NCBI GenBank assembly: GCA_028534125.1
Contig: CM052817.1
Span: 57,972,001-58,036,000 of the forward strand
Length of the DNA: 64,000 bases
Source: Lama glama
Taxonomy: Eukaryota
Direction: 5' to 3'
The position numbers and the translations under genes are program-made. How positions within the stretch are numbered: position 1 is the first letter of the stretch; every line of letters begins with the position of its first letter. Positions 1 to 12,091 of the stretch are shown piece after piece. A model generated the notes under the pieces. It saw only the letters and a program-made list of their open reading frames with translations. It was not told where the DNA came from and did not search any database.

Positions 1-587
1 AAGCGAAGGCTGAATGACTGACACTTTCCATTCTGTTATGTGGAAGTGTATGACTTTCAAAAACATTGGAACGTTTTGATAATTTCTTCAGTCCCTGCCT
101 AAAATTACATCACAATCTAAAATGTTTTGTTTGATTTCTTCAAGTACTCCTAGTTTAAAGAGAATTTTTGTCTTCCAAATATACTTTTCAACAGATACCA
201 GTTATTTCAATGCACTGCCTTTTCTTTAATATTAGTAGCAGAACAAAAGGAAGTAAATCATTTTGACAATATGTGTCATTGCCATGCATAATTTAATCTT
301 TGATTTTGTAATTAGATAATTTTGAACATTTGGCATTAAATGATGGTTTGGTGTTTGGAATTTTAATTATTAATATTAGTCTTTATTTTTATATGTATTT
401 GTAGAAATATACAATTAAATGACAAATTGCTACCCATAGCTAAAAGGCATTGTAGCTACTTTTGAGTTGCTATGGTTTTGTTTGGTTATTTTTTAAAAAG
501 CCATCCAATATAATATAGGACAATCTAGTAATATATTTCTAATTGTCATGATCAAATATACTCACGTTTAAAAAATGCAACATTGGG

Positions 588-724
588 GGCAGTGGGTATA
601 GCTCAGCAGTAGAGCGAATGCTTAGCATGCATGAAGTCATAAGTTCAATCCCCAGTTCCTCTGTTACAAATAAATAAATACTAATTACTTACCCCTCCAA
701 AAAAAACCCAAAAATTTTTAATTA
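588..724 (+). mobile_element. tRNA-derived SINE, camelid type
   Basis: GGGTATAGCTCAGCAGTAGAGC (A box) ... AGTTCAATCCCCAG (B box), then an AAAT/A-rich tail. Flanked by the target-site duplication AAAAAAT(G/A)CAACATTGGG at 570-587 and 725-742. Confidence 0.9.
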
Positions 725-1087
725 AAAAAATACAACATTGGGATTTTCTTAATTTTTCTTATGGAAACAGCAGACTTTAGTGGATATTTTTTTGTAGATT
801 GAATTCCAGTGCTCTCCTCTCTCACCAGACCTTCCTGCCCAGCAAACTCCCAAAGTATACTAAGACCCTAATTACTGATAGCAATTTCATACCCATTCAA
901 TCATCAACTATTTAACAAACACCTACTTTGTGACAGGCAAGATAAATCATATATTAAAATAATATAAAAATAAATACCAAGCAAATCAGTACAGACAGAT
1001 ATTGCATTTGAAATACATTATTCAGAGTCAAGCTGGGATTTACTACCACCAAAATCGTGAGCAGCTCTGTAAAAATGAGAAATGTAT

Positions 1088-1131
1088 ACTAAGACAACAT
1101 TGTAAATCACCTATACTTCAAAAAAAAAAAG
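1088..1131 (+). mobile_element. extremely 5'-truncated L1 3' end
   Basis: ACAACATTGTAAATCACCTATACTTCA plus A-run resembles the cetartiodactyl L1 3' terminus. Perfect 14-bp TSD AATGAGAAATGTAT at 1074-1087 and 1132-1145. Confidence 0.8.
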
Positions 1132-4100
1132 AATGAGAAATGTATCTTTAATAACCAAGCCCTCTTTATTCTGCAGCCCTGACCAAACTCCCGTTACTCG
1201 CTTTTGGGTCACTCCAGAAATTAAGGAACTTCATATTCCAAGCCAAGTGTGCCTAAAGGACTCTTTCTACTCTCCTTTACCAACTTCTCACTTGGTAGAA
1301 TGAGAAGAATGGAAGAATGGGCTAATATCATTTGAGCATTAAGAAATGATTAAAATAAGACATTGATTTTTGGTTGATTAGTTTACTTCATCCTCTTAAA
1401 GGGGATTTTTTGATGTTCATCTGTTTCAAAACATAAATTTGAATGAATTTCTAATTTATAGAAGTTCAGTTATAACATATACAAATATATTATGTAAGTA
1501 TATACATTTATATTATATATACAATTTAAGGTTTTCCTTTATCTAATATATACCTAATATAGATATATTTTCTATCTCATATATATAAATTGTGTGTTAT
1601 ACATTAAAAAACCTAAGATTTTTATCATGTGCTTTTTATCCAAGTCTAAAGAAAGTGAGCTCACAACTTGGTACCTTAAAAAAATTGCTATGGTTTATTA
1701 CTGTCAGCTTTTTCCCCTTACCAACTAGTTGATTAATAAATTTTGTCTTCATCAAAGGCAATTTTTACTGTAATGCAATTTTCTTCATTATTCAAAGCTG
1801 TTTGCCTGTCCTCTGTCCCTGCAAGGCACGTGTGGGAAACATTAAGACAGGAATGGTAGCCTGCCTTTCCTAGATTGTACATTTAGTCCCATGGATCTGC
1901 CCTGTTGAAGGCAGAGATTCTTGCTGCCCCAGTGGTTTCAAACCCAAGGTTTCATCCAAGAGCAGAGGAGTGTCAGGAGGCACCCTCCCTCGGGAGATTT
2001 CACCACAGCTCAGTGAGAATCTCCAATGAGCTGTACTGTGTTTGTGTTTGGGGAAAACACCAACAAAGTAGAGTTCATTTCTCTGGGCTGACATCCTAAT
2101 TAAACAATCTCAAACTCTGGAAAAAGTCCAAATTTTATTACTTTTATTTATGGGTAGCTTCACGAAATGTCAAAAAGCCCAGGCTTTATTCAAAACATTT
2201 CCCAGATACCAAGGATTGGATGGAGTAATATTTAGAATATATTAAAATGTTCCCATATTTTAAAAAATATCACTCTATAGAAGATCCTGGTTGTAACATG
2301 ATCTCCTGTTAGATTCAAATACATACTTATATCAAGCCCATAGAAGATTACAATGAAAATGCTCCCTGACCACAACCTAGGAGTCAGTGTATTTTTCAGT
2401 GTATTTAAATCTCCATCCAAAAAATTGGATTCAAATACTTAAGTGAATTTCCTATCTTTTACATTCGAACAAATACTATATAAAGTGCACTCAAGTTATG
2501 AATGAAAATACTATATGACACAACCCAAGGGGTGGGTGTTCTTATAAATTTCTACTCTACTTTGCTGACGTTAGCCACTAGTGAAGAAACTGACTCATGA
2601 GATTCTTCTTACCAGGAAACATAATTATAGTTTCTAAAATTTTTTTGGCAACTTACTTTCCTTCACTGATCCCTGCCTTCACCATCATCACCACCAACAC
2701 ACTGAATTGTGCTTAAAATGCCAGAAAACATATGTAAAAGAAATACACTTAATTGCATTAGGTAGCCATTTCCAAAAATCATTTGAGATAGCTAGACAAA
2801 TAATACATGACAGGAAAAATGTTAAACTTTGACAAAGATGATTAGTTGCTACTTAACATCCAAAATATGTTAAGAATACTATTTTTCTTAACCTAATTTC
2901 TTAGATATACTCACATGTGCTAATTTTCATGATTTATCACAGAATAATCTTGTGCTTAACCAAGAATATTCTACAGAGATGCCTCCCACAGCTTCAAACC
3001 CTCTTTCAATCCCCTACTGCATCTAATTCCCTCTCCCACCACTGCAGATGGACGAAACAAACATGTTTAGATCTCTTTAATCCTGCTGAGGAGGTAGCTA
3101 AATAGTGTGGAAATTATTCTGTACATGAAATTTAAAAGACTCTCCAGAGATTTCTTGCCTTTTTAATGTGACTTTCATTGCCCTTTCTGAAGCTTGCCAT
3201 TACGTTTTTGAATCATGATTCTATTTCATAAACAGTAATTCTATTTCCTTTAAAGTGGTCGGCAAACTGACAGGTCATGTATGGGTTTTAGCCAGTCACT
3301 GATATCCATGCTAACAGCACACTGTGAGCTCTACCCCGTGCAATGAATGGAAGCAATAAACAAAGACCGTTCCTGCATTTCTGAGTAACTCTGGCTTCTG
3401 TCATCAATGTGGTATACTCAAGTAGAACGTGTTAGAGAAAGCAACCACATCATCAACAACCACCACCTATATACCCTAAAGGCACTCTTGAGTATCACAA
3501 AGGAACCTGTCTTTTTACTTTGAAAAATACATTGTAAATATTCCTGGAGCAATATTGGTATCTGAAAACTGATTCTGTAATGTATTCTGAAAAATGGGCA
3601 AACTAAGATGCCTGTAGGGCATCTCAGAATTCCATGAGGTCAGGTACCATTTACCCATCAATAAAGTTCTTGGCGCTGCAACTAGTGGAAGATTACTGAG
3701 ATCAGTAAATGCACAGAACATGCTGGGAATGGGACAGAATTAAATGTCTTACATTTATTAATTAAATTTTGCTAATTCAGAAAATTTTCTAGGAAAATTC
3801 TTTTTACACTAATGGAAGAAAATAATTTGACTATTCAAAGTTGTGATTACCAATCCCAAAACTAAGTTTGATTTTTCTTTTCTTTTTAATGTAGAAAATT
3901 AAAGTGTGATACCTATATTTGGCTAATGTTGTTATTTTTGTTAGACAGAGGTTTTAGGCCTATGAAAGCATCGAATTTTCTTAAAATAGTCACATTCTGG
4001 GCTGTAACAAACAGCTACTTACATGCCCTAGCTACATCCTTAATACACTGATACAATTTTGCCAACAAGATATATCTTCTTCACACCAATGGAAAAAGGA

Positions 4101-4600
4101 TCTTGGCAAGTGACCTTGTGAGGAAACTATCTGCAAGAGGGCAAAAGCTACCACCTCAGGAAGAACCACCACTTCCACTGGTAAGTAATTATGCACACCA
4201 GTTACTAATCCGCCTTATATCACTACAGTTTACAAGTTGTAACACCATTTTCCACTGCGACTGTAAAATCAAAAGCCACACAATCTGCACAGAGAAAGCT
4301 CCTGAATATTTCCTTTCCCTCTTGCTGCTGGTGGCTATGTGACAAAAAATATATGGACACAAGAGGAAGAAGAAAGATCAAAACAGAAATAAGGAAGAGG
4401 AAAAGAAAGGCGAGTAGGAGGAGGATACCAACCATGAAGGAGGGTGGTTAGAGGGAGCAGAAGGAAAAATTGGAGCCAAATTGGTGAGCGCCGATAGAGT
4501 ATGGTCAGGAACAGGGTGAAAGAGCATGGAGGATGAAAACCATCTGACATACAAGATACTGGTACCATTTCATCTACTTACCTCTAAGCCTAGATGACAT

Positions 4601-5128
4601 TGTTACTCAGCAAGGGCTGCTGCCCCAAGCACGCAGAAGCCAATACTTTAGCAGCAGCTTTTAAGGAAAAGAGCTTTATTTCAGGGTCCACCGGCAAAGA
4701 GAAAGGAGGAACTACTCAAATCCATCTTCCTGACCAACCGAGCTTTCAGGCTGAAATTTAAGGGGTTAGAGGAATTTCAGATTTGGAAGCTGATTGGCTA
4801 GTCTCAAATCAGTGCATATCAGCTGTTCAAGCTGCTGGAAGCCAGATTTTCCTTATTGAAGGAATTTTCGCTTCCTAAAAAGCTCTGGTGCCAACACTTC
4901 CATAGTTCGAGTTCTGTAGACTGAAGATCCTTGATTCCAGGATGATTCTGAGTTTCTATCTTGCACATGCTCAGTGCTGTATGTAAAATAACTCAAAATT
5001 TGATTAATCAACTATTTAAGGAGGCAAAACTGGCTTAAGTTGGTCAATGTTTTAGCTGCTGTTTTAGTTTGATTAATGAATAATCTATTTAAGGAGGCAA
5101 AACAGTTTAAGCTGGTCAATGTTTTACA
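4601..5128 (-). mobile_element. solo ERV1-like LTR
   Basis: TGTTAC...TTTACA termini, minus-strand AATAAA (TTTATT 4675-4680), AGAAGCCAATACT motif typical of ERV1 LTR ends, and an internal ~73-bp duplication. No clean TSD seen. Confidence 0.65.
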
Positions 5129-5421
5129 CACCTTTTCAAAGTAAAAAACTAGCAGAGAAAGTCTATGACAGGGAAATCAGTCGTTACTGTCTCTACTCAC
5201 TCCAGCTGCCATTTGAAAACCTTTATCTACAAAAAAAAATTTGACATTCTCTTTTGGGTTTAGTGGCATACTATTCTACTAGTAATGTAACACTAGCTTC
5301 ACAAATTAGGAGGAAAAGGGACAAGGATTACACCCTAATTTCAAAAATTCTTTATGATTGTGTTCTCATATTTTCCCTCTTGTTTCTTGAAACCTGGCAA
5401 CACTTCTACCAAGAGAAAACC

Positions 5422-5531
5422 TTAATACTCCCTGAAATTTTCTTTTAGTGGAACTCCAAAATTATTTCCTGGTATAACATCATTTTCAGTGTGTTTATTC
5501 AGCATACTCTTTGCAGTCCTCTGAGGCAGGT
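5422..5531 (-). CDS. possible second coding exon of the candidate minus-strand gene (DLPQRTAK...NFREY*)
   Basis: Acceptor TTTTGTTTTAATGTGCAG|AC. The phase-1 frame compatible with the 6942 donor stays open to TAA at 5424-5422. No homology recognised. Confidence 0.2.
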
Positions 5532-6097
5532 CTGCACATTAAAACAAAAGGCATAAATGGGTAAAGTGGGCACATTTCAATAAATGAAACTTCCGCTCCA
5601 GTAATGAAATTGCCAAGTTTCTACACTGATACCACTGCTGAATAAATGTAGGAAGTTAGCAAATGTATTTAAACTTTTTATATGTTTTCTGAGTTATAAA
5701 AGCATGAGAAAATATTTTGTAATAATATGCACTTCTCTATTTCCCAAACAGCTCTTAAAGGATAAAAGAAAATGAAGTTTCCACCTAAATTAAAACTTCA
5801 TTGATTTTGGCCTGCATCTCTTTTAGAAAAGGGGAGAATCTGATAAACAAGTATGTAAATAAATAACTTGGGGTGGAGTTTGGGAGCAGAAGTTCTTCAT
5901 AAAATCTCAGAACTGAAATCAGAGGCACATGATTCTGATTTTCCTTTCCTGAAATATTTTATAGCATCATCCAGGATTAAAGTGATATTTTTTTCAGCAT
6001 AAATGGAAAGATATTCAGGAAGATATGTTATTTTATTTTCCAACCCTTTTTGGAAAAGGCAAAGAAATAAGGGCGATTCTGCTCCTTTTATGCCCAC

Positions 6098-6507
6098 TTT
6101 TTTTTTAATTCTTATTTTTATTGAAGTGTAGTCGATTTACAATGTTAGTTTCAGGTGTACAGTAAAGTGATTCAGTTATACATACACATACTTTTTTTCC
6201 ATATTCTTTTCCATTACAGCTCATTACAAGTAATTGAATATAGTTCCCTGTGCTATACAATAGGTCTTTGTTGTTCATCTGTTTTGTATACAGTAATGTG
6301 CACCTGTTAATCCCAAACTCCTAATTTATACCCCCCCACCTCGCCAAACCACTGTATTTTCTATGTCTGAGTCTGTTTCTGGTTTGTAAATAAAATTCGT
6401 ATTTCTTTTTTTTTTTTAGATTTCACATATAAAAAACATCTTAGGATATTTGTCTTTCTCTGTCTGACGAACTTTACTTACTATGATAATCCCTCGATCC
6501 ATCCATG
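6098..6507 (-). mobile_element. L1 3' UTR fragment (lineage-specific L1)
   Basis: T-tract followed by TTGAAGTGTAGTCGATTTACAATGTT...GGTGTACAG...TTCCCTGTGCTATACA. Near-TSD CTTTT(A/T)TGCCC on both sides. Confidence 0.88.
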
Positions 6508-6789
6508 CTTTTTTGCCCTGTTTAAATCTTACTTTGACCTCGGGATTCACCCTCCCTGTGTTTCTAGGCAACTCCCCACATTTCCTAAGGAGCCTCTCAT
6601 ATAGCTGTCATTTACCCAGCAACCAAGACGGGTCCAGGGGCAGACAAATGGCGTTTGCAGTACCTGAGCACCAGCCAAGACCTAATTGTCTCTCCCCAGG
6701 TCTCGTTGGCAGGAACTTTCATTCATTTCTCCAGCACACATCCTTTTCTACAAAGAAAGCCTCAATGCAGGATGTCACCTTCTCATTAC

Positions 6790-7115
6790 CCAACAGCTTG
6801 GCGCTGTGCGGGAGCCTCTGCGCGTCAGCCCGAGGATGTGTGGCCTTGAGAGTGACGGAAATGCTTTGGTCTTGAACTTTCATGATTCTGCTTCTCCTTT
6901 TGCAGCTCCCTTCTTCTCTTTCCCTTTCCCCCTGCCCTCACCCGCCGCCTCGTCCTCCTTCTTCCTCTTCTGTTGGTTTTCTAACTGCCTGGGTTTTTTC
7001 TGTTTACCTCTGCTGTCCGCTTCTTTCGCTTTCGCCGCCATCTCTGTTGCTCTCTCCCATGTCCTGCTTTTCCCGTCCACTCTCCATTTCTTACACACGT
7101 TTCCATGGACCATCA
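6790..7115. promoter_or_regulatory. small CpG cluster / candidate promoter
   Basis: About 15 CpGs in ~300 bp against a CpG-depleted background and outside any recognised repeat. Motifs: TGCGCGTCA, GTGACGGAAATG, CGCCGCCATCT (YY1-like) and GTTTCCATGG (RFX X-box-like, 7099-7108). Confidence 0.5.
6942..7041 (-). CDS. candidate first coding exon, Lys/Glu-rich (MAAKAKEADSRGKQKKPRQLENQQKRKKEDEAA)
   Basis: GAGATGGCGGCG strong Kozak at 7041, donor CGG|GTGAGG after 6942 (phase 1), located within the CpG cluster. Product not recognised. Confidence 0.4.
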
Positions 7116-8689
7116 TTTAAAGAAGGCACAGTTTATAAAATGCTGCTGTTTCTTTTTTCCTGTTTAATTTTTTTTTGCGCAGTGTTTTCTAAGTTCCAAG
7201 AATAATCCAAAATACTCCCTAAAATACTTCATTTTCAATGAAATTTTTTTCATTCGATACAGAACTGTGAGGCAGGCCTAAGTCATATTTACTTTTTGAA
7301 AGTATTACTACTAATGTACTGTTCAATAGGATTGTATAACTGTCTAAATTAATTGAACAGACATTTGGGTAGTATATTTCAAAGAAATAATTTAACCTCA
7401 TTATTTACAAATTGCATCCAGTTTAAGCATAGATTTTACTTATTTAGGCAAAATATTTGTCTTATGCAAAAAAATATATGAGATGACCAAAAAAAAAAAA
7501 AAGCTGTATCTAGACACCTTTATAATCAAGTAATATGAAAATAATACACAACTAAATAGAATGATTTGTAATAGGGGATGAAGTAATCCTTGTGGTAAAT
7601 TAGCTGCTATACAAAAAAAGTCCCAGTCAAAAAATTTCTTCCTAAACATCAGGAGCCTTTTGAACATACAGAGCTTACGTTATTAAAAATCAGTACATTT
7701 CAATTGATGAAGATTAAGCATGATGAATGCTGATTGTCTCAGATGAAATCACATGTGTTGACAGAACATCTGTTACAGCCTCCCTTCTTATTATTTTATT
7801 GCAAATTTACAACCTACTGCAAGTAAAATAACATGATTAAAATTACAGACATTTTGAATAAAAGATAATTTATAGACCTCTCTAAATAATCAGACCTATT
7901 TTGCAAACGCCCAAAATTTTAAAAAAGAAAAGATTTCTGAAACCCTATATGTGTTGCTTTTCATTACAAGGCAACAGTGGTATTCAGTGTCTACATTCAG
8001 ACATAGCTAGTATAGGGGGAAAAAAAACCAGAATCAGAAATCTTCAGTACTCACTTATTTGTCATATTTATCAAAGCTATTTCACAGAGTTTTTTTTTTC
8101 TTGTTTGTAATGGACTAGCCCAATGGCCAACATATAGTAGGTATTATTTGTTTACTGTGTGCTTCACTTGAAAAATAAACATCTGAGTAAAGTGTTTCGA
8201 AGGACATGTTTGAGATGTGCACAAATGTATCACGTTGCCTCAGAAAGCACCTAAAATTACTTCAAACAGAAAAATGCCATAAAGATTTGCATAATTTACA
8301 CATGCAGGTATGTGAAACAGTAAGTATAATATTTAATGTTTATGAAAACAATCTCCCTCATATAACTGGAGTTCCCTGTATGTCTGTTCTGTGTAACAAA
8401 TCTATGAAACTGGGTCAACTCCAAATTCAAGGCTATAAAAATCATTGGTAAACTATGGCTTTACTATTTGCACGTTGCTAACGAAAAGTTCTCATTTTAT
8501 TATTTATTTGCCTTAAATCAAATTTTCTGACCAGAGTTAATCACAGATTTAAGTGCCAAGATGATTAGGATTTCCTTTGTTAACAAGACCTGAAATCAGT
8601 TGTCAGTTGGTCAAACCCAGAGGTCTCATTTACTTTACCTAAGAGGCAGTCTGTTGAGGGGGTTGATGTTATGGGCCTGTATTACTGAG

Positions 8690-8862
8690 TTCAAACTCAA
8701 GTCATGAGCCATTGGACTCTTGTTCCTCATTTTCTTTATCTGTAAATAGACGTAAAAATAATTCCTGCTTACTAGGATTTTTATAGAGATTAAATATGAT
8801 GGTGCATGTAAAACATTAAACATAATGATTAGCATGTAGCAAATGCTCAGTAAATGGTTGGC
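8690..8862 (+). mobile_element. MIR fragment
   Basis: TTATCTGTAAATAG...GAGATTAAATATGAT...AAATGCTCAGTAAATG resembles the MIR core and 3' end. Confidence 0.7.
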
Positions 8863-9390
8863 TAGGACTGTGATGCTAGAAGGAAGATTGCGAAGGGTAA
8901 AGGGAAAGCACAGAAAAGGGGAGGAGACGAACAGCAAGCTCTCAACTACTGCTTATTTTTGGATTCAAGTTTTAACAAAGAAAATGAAAAGCAACGAAAT
9001 GAAAAGGATTAGTAGAGTAAGAAAGCATGTGAAAATGGATGGCACAAAAGATACCATGTTGCCAGAATTAACTTGCACAGTCATCATGAGACAGAGTGAA
9101 AAACTGAAAGAGAAATAAATAGGTACAAAGAAAGCCTTGCACACCGGATTGCATACCTCTGAAATAAAATGTATTCTTAGCCTGAGGTAATACATCAGTG
9201 TTTGGGGAAAGACATAGGAAATGAGTGTGTGTGAAGAAGAAAATGCAACAGGAAATTATTCGTAGAACTTCAAACGCTGTATTAATTCACCTTTCTTTAT
9301 GTCATAGTGACACAAACCTCGCAGGGGTACTACAAAAGAATACGAAAAAAATTATTGCCAAATGAAAAAGAATTTCTCACATAAGTAAAA

Positions 9391-9443
9391 TTTTAAATTG
9401 ATATATAATTGACATATAACATTATATTAGCTTCAAGGGCGTA
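9391..9443 (-). mobile_element. short L1 3' end
   Basis: TTTTAAATTGATATATAATTGACATATAACATTATATTAGCTTCAAG resembles an antisense L1 3' terminus. Confidence 0.55.
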
Positions 9444-9829
9444 AATAAATTTTTTAATACATTTTTAGTCTGATTATTGGCCTTTTAAAATCCGTTTTAC
9501 CATAGTATTTATTCCTTTTTTAAGCATTATATTAACCATAACTGTCAAAATAACAGATCACATTGAACATGTAGAATAAACTATTGAACTTCACAATCTA
9601 TTCTAATACATCAAAACTGCATGAAAATTAAGAAAATCATTTTATATTGCTAAAAATTGTTTGGTTTAGCAGTGGTAAGATGCTTCACTAAAATTTCTTG
9701 ACTTATCTAAAGTAAGAATTTTTAAATGGTGGGTTAAATATATTTCCTCCTGCTCTAGCACACTAGAAAAGACACTAAAGAAAAAGCAGAGTGGAACAAT
9801 TAACTGAAAGCTTTTATTAAAAAGGTGGA

Positions 9830-10045
9830 ATGCATAGTGGTTATAAGCAAGATTACTTAGCTCAAAACCCGGCTCTGCTACTTACTTGTTGTGTGACCTT
9901 AGGTTAGTTACTTAATCTCTCTGAGCCTCAGTTACATCTTTTGTAAAATTAGTGGTAATAATGTTTACCTCATAAGGTTGGTGCAGAGATTAAACTAATA
10001 GACATACAGCATTTAGAATACTAACTGGGGCATAATCAGTACTCT
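9830..10045 (+). mobile_element. MIR
   Basis: CCCGGCTCTGCTACTTACTTGTTGTGTGACCTTAGG...TTACTTAATCTCTCTGAGCCTCAGTT matches the MIR core. Confidence 0.88.
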
Positions 10046-11399
10046 TGAGGTATTCACTGTTGGGATTTCTGGAACTTCACTTAAAAGTGATGACAAAAAA
10101 TAATTGAAATAATCTCAAAGTTAAAAAAGTGATAAAAAAAACTTTCTGTGCATCAGTACAGTGTCGCTCAGAGCTGTACACCTCAATTTATTATCTAGCA
10201 AAATATTTGTTCCTAATCTCAAAGAGATTCTGAGATTCTCAGAAAATTCATAAGGTGAGACTTGACAACATATTAACAAAAGATACAGTTTCTTTTGTCA
10301 TATACATATACACCTGAAAAATTGAAATATTGAAAAAAAACACTGAGAGAAAATTTTGCAATCTGGATTGCCCGTTTTATGTTTATGTATTATTAACCTC
10401 TAGGAAAGCAGACATTCTGTGTTTTGGGAAAATGCTGGATACTCAAAATGAGAGGAAGATGTAATAGGAAATTGTTTTCTGAAATTCAGAATTCCACTTA
10501 TCTTTATGCTGTTGTATAAAGCAAGTAAAACTCTTTGTTTCATTTAGAGTTGAAAATAATAGACATGAACTATAATGTGAATGTTTATATCTTTAAAATA
10601 TTTTTATTATATACCTCTGATTTTGAGGAAAAACAATGTTTGTTTGTTCACTTACTGTATCAGAATGTTAGGGAAAAAATTCAACTTAATATCAAATATG
10701 AGTGAGAAGGATCAAATAACTTGCTAGATGTAGCAGTGTGAATCTCACACCGCGAATGCAGGTGTCAGATCCATTTCCCTTTCTCCTAGTATTGGTTCCC
10801 CTCAAGCTAAACCTAACTTCTGAACTCACAATTCTATACAAGGTGCACAAAACCCTGGGAAATGTAACTCAGTCTCTCGTCTCACTCCTCATACCCCATC
10901 TTCTTCCCTTTTAGGTCTGCTTCTCTTGTGGAGAGAGCTCCCCACGCAGAGTCGTTTCTAAATCATTGGGAATAAAACTTTCTCCAGTTACTTTGGTCTA
11001 GTTATTTGATTTGTCATGAACTGAGAGACAAAAGCAAAGAGAAAATGTCCAATCAGAGGATGTCAAGATTATTCCAAAAAATCTGTTTGTATGTTATACT
11101 AGGCTATCATAGCTCTTAAGCCACACAATGGACTTCACAGTTAATTCTCTTAAAAAAAATAATAATACATCAGCACGTATCTGCTTTTATACTGAAGAGA
11201 ACATAATAGCATCATACAAAAAATTACTGAAAAGAAATTCTCTTGTTGATTTTTAAAATTATTTAATTAATTTTACAATTAAAAATCCTCAAAATATTAA
11301 AAAGCTGAAGGGGAAGAAAATAGTAACTATGCTATTATGTTTTATAGCCTTTGAACTTCCAGAAACTCTGATGCTATTAGATGTAAGCTTTTCACTTAC

Positions 11400-11554
11400 C
11401 TGGGGTTTATTTTCTCTGGGAGGAATCAGTCAGCATTACCCGCACAGGTTAGATCCAGTTACATTAATAGTAGAAATTGGAAGAGAAGAGTATTTCATAG
11501 AGGCTGGTCTGAGGATTATCCTGCCTCTGGATACTTTATTGGACCAGGAGTTAA
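11400..11554 (-). other. possible non-coding exon
   Basis: Consensus donor CAG|GTAAGT after 11400 and plausible acceptor CTTCTCATTACGTAG| before 11554. All three minus frames have stops near the donor. Confidence 0.25.
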
Positions 11555-12091
11555 CTACGTAATGAGAAGCCCATTCTATTTTGAGGCACATATATTATTC
11601 CCAATATTGAGGTAAAACACATTTTCTTGTTATTCTCACAAGTTAGTTTAGTCCTGTCGTGTAGAGTCATGTAGACGATAGTGTCTGTGTTCTTGCTGCT
11701 GCTTGTCAAAGCCTCTTTTAGATTCTCACACCCAAAAGGGAATACTGTGCTCCAAGGACCAATTCAAACACCATATGGTAGGATGCTCAGGAGCTGTGCC
11801 TAACAGAAATTGTCAGAGGTGTCAGGTTTTTGACATTGAGATTGTCAATGTCCACCCCTCAACACTTACAGTTTCCTGGAAGTGTCACTCAAGTATCATT
11901 TCAGATAGGACTGTAGGCATCTTTCCCCACTATTGTAGCAGCTGAGACCCAAAATGAATTTAGAGCCATTTCACATTAGGATAATCTATAAATGAGAATG
12001 GAACACCGAACTAAATTAATGAGAAACTTATAAACTATAATCAAACTCTATTAATTATGTTGTTAGGTACATAATTAACATAAGAGGTATC

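Noticed and set aside
85..150. Retropepsin-like DVILGRD motif on the minus strand
   Set aside because: Seven-residue match followed by a stop, with no catalytic D(S/T)G seen upstream; compatible with chance.
588..660. tRNA gene
   Set aside because: A/B boxes are present, but the A-rich tail and TSD mark it as a SINE.
4070..4560. Plus-strand exon (donor CTG|GTAAGT at 4180) and purine-rich coding-like stretch
   Set aside because: No convincing acceptor, partner exon or recognisable protein.
6880..7116. HMGN-like processed pseudogene
   Set aside because: Only compositional similarity: no RRSARLSA motif, poly(A) tail or TSD.
6483..7205. Plus-strand ORFs of 107-144 aa
   Set aside because: Low-complexity S/F/P/L content mirroring the purine-rich minus strand; one begins inside an L1; no recognisable domain.
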